A DNA stretch of 64,000 nucleotides from Vicinamibacteria bacterium (GTDB lineage Bacteria > Acidobacteriota > Vicinamibacteria > Marinacidobacterales > Marinacidobacteraceae): positions 1,696,001-1,760,000 of the forward strand of contig OY729431.1 of NCBI GenBank assembly GCA_963422395.1, in the 5' to 3' direction. Positions 19,610 through 28,815 of the stretch are shown here, piece after piece. A program made the position numbers and the translations under genes. Position 1 is the first letter of the stretch. Every line of letters starts with the position of its first letter. The notes under the pieces were generated by a model. That model was not told the DNA's origin, did no database searches, and saw only the letters and a list, made by a program, of their open reading frames with translations.

Positions 19610-20152
19610 ATGACCCACTCCCCAGAGCATCGGACCCACGAAAGGGCCGGCTACCGACGAATCGCTGGAGCCCTCGGGGTGCTCCTCGCCTTTTCCAGCG
19701 TCGCCGCCGCCCACAACCCCCGCGGCAAGGTCGAAGCCAGCTTCAGCGGCAAGATGGTGTCGGTGGACTACGGCCGGCCCAGCCTGAAAGGCCGCGACAT
19801 GCTCGGTCAGGCCGCTTCCGGAATGGTCTGGCGGCTCGGCTCGGAAAACGCCACCACGATCATCAGCGAGGGGGACCTGATGTTCGGCTCGGACATGCTG
19901 CCGGCGGGCGCCTACAGCCTCTTCGCGAAAAAGACCGATGACGGTTGGAACCTGTTGGTGAACAGCGAGACCGGGCAATCCGGGACGGCTCACGATCCGG
20001 AAAAAGACCTGCTGACCGCCCCCCTCAAGGTCGAGAAGGCCTCCGAATCCGTCGAGATGTTCACGATCACGCTCATGGCGGACGAGATGCAGGGCACATT
20101 GAAAATGCAGTGGGGCGATACGGCGCTCGTTGCCGAACTCATGGTCCACTGA
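19610..20152 (+). CDS. DUF2911 domain-containing secreted protein
   Basis: Signal peptide, then NPRG...SVDYGRPSLKGR...VWRLGSENATTI...LPAGAYSLF...MQWGDT. Confidence 0.85.
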   Translation: MTHSPEHRTHERAGYRRIAGALGVLLAFSSVAAAHNPRGKVEASFSGKMVSVDYGRPSLKGRDMLGQAASGMVWRLGSENATTIISEGDLMFGSDMLPAGAYSLFAKKTDDGWNLLVNSETGQSGTAHDPEKDLLTAPLKVEKASESVEMFTITLMADEMQGTLKMQWGDTALVAELMVH

Positions 20153-20279
20153 TCGAAACGCAGGCGCCGGTTGCGGTGCTGGGGGCGGTCGGTTACGCTC
20201 CGCCGGAGCCTGAGGGTTTGACTCGCATCGAAATGGGTGGGGTCCTCCGGCTGAAGAATCTCGAGCAGGGGGAGGCCCG

Positions 20280-21476
20280 ATGAAGACCAGTCGTCGTAGT
20301 TTTTTCCGATTCCCGCACCGGTTTCCGGCCGCGGGTGAACCCGCACTGCACGCCATCGGTGCCCGGGGGCGTGAGGCTTGGGAAGCTGAGAACGGCTTCC
20401 GCACCGCGCCGGTGTTCGTTCCGCCTCCTGAGGCCGATGAGGTCCGGATCAGCAGCAACGAGAACCCTCTCGGCCCCGGCCCGGCCGCGGTGGCAGCGCT
20501 CCGGGACGGGTACGGCTCGATCATGCGCTACCCCATGAACGCGCGGGTCAGCGGCGACGATCTCCGCAAGCGCATCGGAGAGATGTACGGCGGCAAGGCC
20601 GCTCAGGTGGTGCTGGCGCCGGGCTCGTCCGAGATCCTCCGAAACGCCGTCCGGGTGTACACCGGCGAAGGGCGCGCCCTCGTCACCGGAGAATGCTCCT
20701 ACGAGAACCCGGTACGGACCGCCAGGTATTTCGGTGCCCCGGTCAAGTCCATCCCCATGACCGGGGGCCTCGGGCTCGATCTCGACAAGATGGCGGGGGC
20801 GTCGATCGGCGCGGGACTCGTCTTCCTCTGCAATCCGAACAACCCCACCGGCACGGTGCATTCGCTCGCCGATGTCACCGACTTCGTGAAGTTCGTGAAG
20901 AAAGAGTCGCCCTATACCGCCATCCTGCTCGACGAGGCGTACTACGACTACGTCACGCACCCGTCCTTCGACACCGGCGCCGAGCTCGCCATGCAGTACC
21001 GGGATGTGTTCGTGGGCCGGACCTTCTCGAAAGCTTTCGGCATGGCGGGTCTTCGGATCGGCTACGCGTTCGGCCAGACCGACACGATCGCCAAACTCGC
21101 CCCGCTGCGGCTCACCTTCGGCACCTCCGTCCTCTCCATCGCCGCCGCGATGGGGTCGCTCGAAGATCCGGACTACATCAAGCGGGAAGTGAAACGCAAC
21201 GAGGCCGCACGCAAGTTCACGCTCGACTTCTTCGCAGGCCACGGCCTCGACCCGGTGCCGAGCGAGACGAACTTCGTGTTCGTGAACATCGGCCGTCCGG
21301 CGAAGGAGTTCCGGGAGGCTTGCGCCGAGCGGGGCATCATGGTGGGACGGGATTTTCCGCCCTACCAGAACAGCCACGCCCGCATCTCGATCGGCACCCT
21401 CGAGGAAATGCAGCGGGCGACCGCGGTCTTCGCACAAGTCCTCGGACTCGCCACCGCCGACAACCAGCAGCAATAA
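20280..21476 (+). CDS. HisC-like PLP-dependent aminotransferase (class I/II) with twin-Arg N-terminus
   Basis: SRRSFF; ISSNENPLGP, LCNPNNPTG, LDEAY, RTFSKAFGMAGLRIGY (PLP-binding Lys). Confidence 0.9.
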   Translation: MKTSRRSFFRFPHRFPAAGEPALHAIGARGREAWEAENGFRTAPVFVPPPEADEVRISSNENPLGPGPAAVAALRDGYGSIMRYPMNARVSGDDLRKRIGEMYGGKAAQVVLAPGSSEILRNAVRVYTGEGRALVTGECSYENPVRTARYFGAPVKSIPMTGGLGLDLDKMAGASIGAGLVFLCNPNNPTGTVHSLADVTDFVKFVKKESPYTAILLDEAYYDYVTHPSFDTGAELAMQYRDVFVGRTFSKAFGMAGLRIGYAFGQTDTIAKLAPLRLTFGTSVLSIAAAMGSLEDPDYIKREVKRNEAARKFTLDFFAGHGLDPVPSETNFVFVNIGRPAKEFREACAERGIMVGRDFPPYQNSHARISIGTLEEMQRATAVFAQVLGLATADNQQQ

Positions 21477-21554
21477 AAGGCGAGATCCGAAACATCCGTT
21501 CCATCACCCGAGTCCTGGATCCGGGAACCCCCGCTACGAGGAGGTAGCCATCCC

Positions 21555-22730
21555 ATGCTCTCCCGCCGCAGTTTCCTCTCTCACGCTTCGGCCGGCACCG
21601 CCGGTCTCTATGCCGCAACCTTCGTTCGCTCACGCCTTCGCGAGCAGATCGCCTTCGCCGCCGAGATGGGGATCGCCCCCGAAGATGCGATCAATCTGGC
21701 GAACAACGAGAATTCGCTCGGCCCCGGCGATGCGGTCATGGACGCCATCGATGCCGTGATCGGACCCGAAGGGGTGATCGCCGGGCGGTACCCGTTCCAG
21801 TTCGTCGGCCCCCTCCAGGATGCCATCGCCGAGAAGTGGGGGGTGCAGCCCGAGAACGTCCTCGTCGGCGCGGGCTCTACCCAGATCCTCGTGGACTGCA
21901 CCCATCAGTACGCGAGCCGCGAGAAAGCGCTCGTCGGGTCGCTGCCGACCTATGAAGAGTGCTTCGGATACGCAGCGCTCGTGGGGTATCGAACCAAGGC
22001 AGTTCCGCTGACGGCGGATTTCAAGATGGATCTGGACCAGACGCTCCACGCCCTGAAGAACAGCGGGATGCTGTTCTTCTGCAACCCGAACAACCCGGTG
22101 GCGACTCTCGTGGACCCTGGAGAGGGGAAGGATTTTCTCGGTCGTGCGCTCGCTGCCGAGAAGGATCTCCGCATCCTCGTGGATGAAGCGTATATCGACT
22201 ATGTGACGACTCCGGGGCACGAAACGATGATCCCGATGGCCATCGAGAACCCGCGGCTCATCGTCGCGCGCACCTTCTCGAAAGCGTACGGAATGGCCGG
22301 ACTCCGGATCGGCTACGCGATCGCGCACGAAGACACCATCGCCGAACTCGGCGAGTTCCACATGGGCAACTCGGTGAGCATTCCCGCGCTGGTCGCCGCG
22401 AACGCCGCGCTCGATCGCGACAAGACAGATCCGGACTACCTCCCCAACGAGAAGAAGCGGAACACCGAGGCGCGCGACTTCATCCTGAAGTTCTTCCAGG
22501 ACCGGGGGCTTTCCGCCACCGATGCCCAGACGAACTTCATCTTCACCGATGTCGGGATGCCCGTCGAGCAATTCCAGGCGGCTTGTGCTGCCGAGGGCGT
22601 CCGGGTCGGGCGGCCGTTCCCGCCGCTTTGGACCCGCTGCCGAATCTCCATCGGGACGATGGACGAGATGCAGCGCGCCGCCACCGCCTTCGCCGCAGTG
22701 CTCGATTCAGCCCAGAAGATGGCAGCCTGA
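21555..22730 (+). CDS. Second HisC-like PLP-dependent aminotransferase with Tat signal
   Basis: SRRSFL plus hydrophobic stretch; LANNENSLGP, FCNPNNP, VDEAY, RTFSKAYGMAGLRIGY; RBS GAGGAGG. Confidence 0.9.
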   Translation: MLSRRSFLSHASAGTAGLYAATFVRSRLREQIAFAAEMGIAPEDAINLANNENSLGPGDAVMDAIDAVIGPEGVIAGRYPFQFVGPLQDAIAEKWGVQPENVLVGAGSTQILVDCTHQYASREKALVGSLPTYEECFGYAALVGYRTKAVPLTADFKMDLDQTLHALKNSGMLFFCNPNNPVATLVDPGEGKDFLGRALAAEKDLRILVDEAYIDYVTTPGHETMIPMAIENPRLIVARTFSKAYGMAGLRIGYAIAHEDTIAELGEFHMGNSVSIPALVAANAALDRDKTDPDYLPNEKKRNTEARDFILKFFQDRGLSATDAQTNFIFTDVGMPVEQFQAACAAEGVRVGRPFPPLWTRCRISIGTMDEMQRAATAFAAVLDSAQKMAA

Positions 22731-22857
22731 TTCCCGGCGGTTCGCGCCGGGAATCCGAACTGCTGCCGGAGGCAGCGGTTCGTGAACGGGAGTAAAACCC
22801 CTTTCTCATCACCCCTGCTGCGCCTGAGCCAGAGCTGCGGGCCGCAGCAGGTTTTTC
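22731..22857 (-). repeat. Diverged copy of the multi-hairpin dispersed repeat
   Basis: Reverse complement aligns with the 60843-61088 copy (AAAAACCTG.TGCG...GAAAGGGG...TTCACGAA..CGCTGCCTCCGGCAGCAGTTCGGATTCCCGGCGCG); lies between convergent genes. Confidence 0.75.
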
Positions 22858-22913
22858 GATATCGGGTTGCGGGGGAAGGGTCGCGGCGGATCCTCCGGGG
22901 GCTCCGACTCGCC

Positions 22914-24689
22914 TCAACTGCGGTCCGGCTGCCCCTCCCTGCGTCCGGAAAGGCGAAGCAGACGGGCCCGAACCCGACGAGCTGTCGTCAGGCGGACGCT
23001 CTGCTGGGCGAGGCTTTCGGCTTCGGTGGTATCGAGGCCGGCGATGATGCGTTTCACATCGACCACCGCGTTCGGACTCATGGAAAAGGTACGGATACCG
23101 AATCCGAGCAGCAGCGGGATGACGAGCGGCTCGGCGGCGACTTCGCCGCAGACCGCGAGCGGCACCTTGCTGCGGCGCGCCACCCGCGCCACGAAGCGCA
23201 CGGTGCGCAGGAGTGCCGGATGGAGGGGGTCGTTGCAATGCGCCACCCGTTCGTTGGCCCGGTCGGCTCCAAAGAGATATTGCATCAAGTCGTTCGTTCC
23301 GATGCTCAGGAATTCCGCCTCCTGGGCCAGGATGTCGGCGGTAGCGGCCGCCGACGGCACTTCCAGCATCGCGCCGACTGGCACCTCTCGAAACGGCACC
23401 CCGCGGTGGCCCAACGTGCGAACCGCGGCCTTGAGATGGGTTCGGGCGGCGCGGAACTCTTCGAGGCCGCCGATCATCGGGAACATGAGCTGGATGTTGC
23501 CGTGGACAGCGGCGCGGAGGACCGCGCGGATCTGAGCCTCGAAGAGGCCGGAGGCTTCCAGCAGGAGCCGAACGCCGCGCAGTCCCAGGGCTGGGTTCGG
23601 CTCCGCCGCGCGCCCGATGCTGGTCGCGTCGAGGTCGAAGGCGCGAACCACCAGCGGATGGGGATCGAGCGCGCGGGCGAGATCCCGGTAGATACGGAAC
23701 TGCTGCTCCTCGGTGGGGATCTCCTGAGCCGCCATCCGTTCGGTGCGGAAAAGGCCGACCCCTTCGGCCCCGTTTCGCCGCACCAGATCGATTTCGCCGG
23801 GCTCGTCTATGTTCGCCATCAGCTGGACCCGCTTGCCGTCCGCGGTTTCCGACCGCATGGCGATGGCCGCCTGCCGGTGGCGGCGGCGGCGGCCGCGAGC
23901 CCGTTCGCGCCGCCGCCGGTATTCGACGAGCGTCTCCGGAGACGGATTCAGCACCACCACCCCCGCAGAACCGTCCACCACTAGCGGCTCCCCGACCTGC
24001 AAGTGCTTGAGCAGTCGGCGCACCCCGGTCACACAGGGCACATCGTGGGTGCGGGCGAGGATGGCGGTGTGGTAGGTGGGGCCGCCAGCCTCCATGACCA
24101 CCGCCAGCGCCCGGCTCCAGTCGATCTCCGCAGTGTCGGAGGGGCGAATGTCCTCCGCAGCCACGATGTGCCTGCGGTCCCGCCGTTTCCGTACCGGCCG
24201 TTCAGCTCCGCTCAGGACCTGCAGCAACCGCCCTCCCACATCAGCGATGTCCCCCTTTCGCTGCCGCAGGTACTCGTCGGCGAGCCCGTCGAAGACGGCT
24301 TTCAGCTCCGCAACGACAGTACGAACCGCCCATTCGGCGTTGATCTGTTCCAGCCGGATCACCTCCTGGACCCGGCCCACGAACAGCGGATCCTCGAGCA
24401 TCAACCGCTGGGCCTCGAAGAGATAGGACCGATCGCGGCCGAGCGCCTTCCGGGTGGATTCCCGGATCTCCTGGAGCTGGCCCGCGGCGCGTTCGCACGC
24501 CGACTGGAAGCGGCGGATCTCCGCGCCGGTGGCGCGCCGGCTGATTTCCATGCGGAACACCGGCACCGAGAGATGCTCGAAGAGCACGGCGCGCGCGACC
24601 GCGATCCCGGGGGCGGCGGCTTCGCCGCGGAGCACGAGGTCCGGGGAGGGGCGGCGAGCGGTGCTCCGCCGGATACCGGATGGCGTCAA
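22914..24689 (-). CDS. ptsI: Phosphoenolpyruvate-protein phosphotransferase (PTS enzyme I)
   Basis: GGPTYHTAILAR (phospho-His), GVGLFRTE, NPALGLRGVR, MLEVPSAA, SIGTNDL, VCGEVA. Confidence 0.95.
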   Translation of the reverse strand: MTPSGIRRSTARRPSPDLVLRGEAAAPGIAVARAVLFEHLSVPVFRMEISRRATGAEIRRFQSACERAAGQLQEIRESTRKALGRDRSYLFEAQRLMLEDPLFVGRVQEVIRLEQINAEWAVRTVVAELKAVFDGLADEYLRQRKGDIADVGGRLLQVLSGAERPVRKRRDRRHIVAAEDIRPSDTAEIDWSRALAVVMEAGGPTYHTAILARTHDVPCVTGVRRLLKHLQVGEPLVVDGSAGVVVLNPSPETLVEYRRRRERARGRRRRHRQAAIAMRSETADGKRVQLMANIDEPGEIDLVRRNGAEGVGLFRTERMAAQEIPTEEQQFRIYRDLARALDPHPLVVRAFDLDATSIGRAAEPNPALGLRGVRLLLEASGLFEAQIRAVLRAAVHGNIQLMFPMIGGLEEFRAARTHLKAAVRTLGHRGVPFREVPVGAMLEVPSAAATADILAQEAEFLSIGTNDLMQYLFGADRANERVAHCNDPLHPALLRTVRFVARVARRSKVPLAVCGEVAAEPLVIPLLLGFGIRTFSMSPNAVVDVKRIIAGLDTTEAESLAQQSVRLTTARRVRARLLRLSGRREGQPDRS

Positions 24690-24994
24690 GGCGAGCCGTG
24701 CGGATTCGCCGAGGAAGGCGCTTCCGGCATCGAATCCCTGATGCCGCCGCTGACGAGACGGGTCAGTGCGGTGAGAGCTGGGACGGCATCCGGACCCGAA
24801 GTGTGGATCCGGAGCCGGGTTCCCGGCGAAGCGGCGAGGAACAGAAGCCCCAGGATGCTCTTGCCGTCGATGGTGGTTTCGCCCCGGGTAACGGTAACGA
24901 CGGCGTCGTAACGCGCCGCAGTCTTCACGAAGCGGGCCGCCGCCCGCGCATGCAGACCCAGAGGATTCGTGACCGAAACCACGCTTCCAGGCAC
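24686..24994 (-). CDS. ptsH: HPr phosphocarrier protein
   Basis: VTNPLGLHARAAA (His15) and DGKSILGLL (Ser46). GTG start inferred. Confidence 0.92.
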   Translation of the reverse strand: MPGSVVSVTNPLGLHARAAARFVKTAARYDAVVTVTRGETTIDGKSILGLLFLAASPGTRLRIHTSGPDAVPALTALTRLVSGGIRDSMPEAPSSANPHGSP

Positions 24995-25201
24995 GGCTCT
25001 AACAGCTTCGGGACGAGGGAAACACAGCGCCGCCGAGGAGTGAGGACTGCCTCGTCGGGGGCACTCAGCCGAAGACCCGCCTGGAGCCGGGAACACTCCC
25101 CGGCGGGCTTCTCCCCAGAGGACTCCACGGGAGAACGGGATCGCTTTCGGCGCTCACATCACTCTATCCACCGATTACCAGGAATCGAAATCCAGTCGGG
25201 A

Positions 25202-25705
25202 TCAGACGGGGGTTCCCCGCCCTGCTTCCGCCTCCGGGGACCCACCGATCTCTTCGACCTCGACGGTCTTCTCGCCAGCGCGGGGCGGCGTCTCCTCGGC
25301 ACTGGCGAGGAGTTCCGACGCCAGATAGATGTTCTCCTTACCCTGATAGAGCGCTGAGCGAGCGGCTTCAGCGAGAGTCACCTCCTCCTCGGCGCGGATC
25401 GAAACCAGACGGATGAGCATGGGAAGGTTGACCCCGGTCACGACCTCCACTCGGTCTTCTTTCAGGAGGCTCAGCGCCAGGTTCGATGGAGTGCCGCCGA
25501 ACATATCGGTGAGAACCACCGTCCCCGCTTCCCCGGAGACCCGATCGACCGCGGCGACGATGGCCCGGCGCGCGTCCTCGGGGGCATCGTGCCAGCCGAT
25601 GGAAACCGAGGTGACATTCGGAATGTCCTCCCCGGTAATCATTTCGCAAGCGGCGACCAGCTCCCTCGCCAGTTGGCCGTGGGTGACCACCACGATTCCG
25701 ATCAT
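25202..25705 (-). CDS. PTS EIIA component, mannose/fructose type
   Basis: MIGIVVVTHG, LTDMFGGTPSN, VVTGVNLPMLI. Confidence 0.93.
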   Translation of the reverse strand: MIGIVVVTHGQLARELVAACEMITGEDIPNVTSVSIGWHDAPEDARRAIVAAVDRVSGEAGTVVLTDMFGGTPSNLALSLLKEDRVEVVTGVNLPMLIRLVSIRAEEEVTLAEAARSALYQGKENIYLASELLASAEETPPRAGEKTVEVEEIGGSPEAEAGRGTPV

Positions 25706-25766
25706 CGGAATCAGTATTCGGGGACTCGGCCCCTCCGGTCAAGTATGCAACTCGGAAAAGATGCAA

Positions 25767-26540
25767 CGCTGCCTCCCGAGAGAGCCGCAACCCCCGTCCG
25801 TGGCCAGAAAAAACACATGTTGCGACCGAGCCTCCGGCTCGGGCGCGGCACAGCGGGGGAATGTGTGAAAGGGGGTCCACCCCCTTTCACTAATTGGTAA
25901 CTCAGAAGCCGAACTCGCTGCCTCCCGAGAGAGCCGCAACCCCCGTCCGTGGCCAGAAAAAACACATGTTGCGACCGAGCCTCCGGCTCGGGCGCGGCAC
26001 AGCGGGGGAATGTGTGAAAGGGGGTCCACCCCCTTTCACTAATTGGTAACTCAGAAGCCGAACTGCTGCCGGAGGCAGCGAGTTCGGATTCCCGGCGCGC
26101 AGCGCCGGGCGCTTCGGGAGCGGGGCGTCCCCCCTCCTCCCACCAGAACACCCGACGCCATCCTGACGCCCCGCTCTCGGAGCGCACAACCCGTGCGATT
26201 CCCGGCGCGCAGCGCCGGGCGGTTCGGGAGCGGGGCGTCCCCCTCCTCCCACCAAAACGCGACACGACCTAACGCCCCGCTCGAGAGATAGCCTCGACCC
26301 TCTCCCGTGGCCTAAAAACACATGTTGCGACCGAGCCTCCGGCTCGGGCGCGGCACAGCGGGGGAATGTGTGAAAGGGGGTCCACCCCCTTTCACGAATT
26401 TGGTAACTCAGAATCCGAACTGCTGCCGGAGGCAGCGAGTTCGGATTCCCGGCGCGCAGCGCCGGGCGGTTCGGGAGCGGGGCGTCCCCCTCCTCCCACC
26501 AAAACGCGACACGACCTAACGCCCCGCTCCCGAACCGCTC
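25767..26540 (+). repeat. Mosaic array of multi-hairpin repeat modules, including an exact 149-bp tandem duplication
   Basis: 25767-25915 is repeated at 25916-26064; further modules recur up to 26540 in the order A A B C C' A' B C. Hairpins include CCGAGCCTCCGGCTCGG, GTGAAAGGGGGTCCACCCCCTTTCAC and CCCGGCGCGCAGCGCCGGG. Confidence 0.92.
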
Positions 26541-28005
26541 GGGCCGCTCGGACGGTTGCAGTGGCGGATACGCCGTTCGGTCGAGGACGGGATTCGCAGC
26601 GCCTTGCGGTACTTCGCCACCGTCCGGCGGGCGATGATGATGCCATCGCGGTCTAGCAACTGAACGATCTGTTCGTCGGCGAGCGGAAATTTCGGATCCT
26701 CACGACCCACGATCCGCTTCAGCCGCGCCCGGACCGCCTCGGAGGACACTTGGCGCCCATCCCGGAGCGACAGCGCGCTGTGGAAGAAACGGCGGAACGG
26801 GATGACCCCGCGCGGGGTTTCCAGATGCTTGTTGCTGACCACCCGAGACACCGTGGATTCGGCACGCCCGATGTCCTGCGCCACATCGTTCAGCACCAGC
26901 GGGCGAATGCGATCGATCCCTTCGTTCAGGAACGCTTCCTGTTTGCGCACGATGTCTTCGGCGACCAGTCGGACGGTCTCCTGCCGCTGCTGCACCGAAC
27001 GCTGAAAGCCCTTGGCCCGGACCCACGCTTCTCGGGCGAACGCCTGTTCTTCGGGAGTGTGCCGGCGGGGCGATCGCAGGATCTGTCGGTACGCCGGGCT
27101 CGCGCGGAGCCGCGGGGCCGCATCGCTCATCTCCACCTGCCAGACGCCGTTGAAGCGGTACACCCGAGCGTCCGGAATCACCACCTGTTCGCGCGAGGGG
27201 GCGAAGCGGCCTCCCGGCTGGAAGTCGAGTTCACCGATCCGGCGCACGAGCTGCATCACTCGGGAGATATCCAGTTCCATAGTGCGTGCCAGCTCCCGGA
27301 AGCGCTCGCCGACGACCAGATCGAGATGATCGCGGACGATTTCTCCCAGGGGCCCGCGGTCTTCACCGAGAGCTTCGAGCTGCACCAGCAAGCACTCGGC
27401 GAGATCGAGACACGCCGAGCCGGTTGGATCGAACCGGAGGATGCGGGCGCGCGTTGCTTCCACCTCGTCCTCGGGAAACCCGAGCCGGGCTGCGAGTTCC
27501 TCGACGGTTGCGTCCAGATACCCCCGCTCATCGAGATTCCCGATGATGTGCAGGCCGATGGCCCGTTCACGCTCGCTCTCGACCGAGAGGCCGAGTTGTT
27601 CGGTCAGATGCTGGGAGAGCGTTCGCCCGGCCGCCAGGGTGCGCTCCAGCATCGGCGGCTCCTCGCGGAGCGCGAGGCCGCCGGCGTTGTCCTGATTCTC
27701 GGCGAAGAAGTCCTCGGCCTCGATCTCGGCCATCGGATCCGGCTCGGGCGGCTCGGCGGCCTCTCCCGCCTCGTCGCCCTCATCCCCCTCGATCTCCTCC
27801 GCGTCATCGGCTTCGAGCTCCTCCTCCCCTTCGGCGATCTCCTCGAGCGCCGGGTTCTGGAGCAGCTCCGTCTGCACCCGCATCCGGAGTTCGGTCAGCG
27901 GCAGAGACAGCATTTCGATGGTCTGGCGGACCTGCGGGGTCAGGGCGAGACGCTGCTGCTGGCGCACTCCGATCCGCAGTTCGGTCTTCGGTCCCGGTCG
28001 GCCGC

Positions 28006-28009
<4 letters not shown>
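26516..28009 (-). CDS. rpoN: RNA polymerase sigma-54 factor
   Basis: Gln-rich region I ([10 protein letters not shown]), [22 protein letters not shown], RpoN box ARRTVAKYR. Confidence 0.96.

Positions 28010-28811
<802 letters not shown>

Positions 28812-28815
<4 letters not shown>

Noticed and set aside
20280-22730. Assigning the gene symbol hisC
   Set aside because: Twin-Arg N-termini, duplication and the absence of his-operon context argue against housekeeping histidine biosynthesis.
25767-26540. CRISPR array
   Set aside because: Units are 110-150 bp modules without unique spacers of constant length, and there are no cas genes in the window.
25711-26656. Small ORFs with repeated peptides between EIIA and rpoN
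   Set aside because: They are translations of the DNA repeats in several frames, with no coding bias or family motif.
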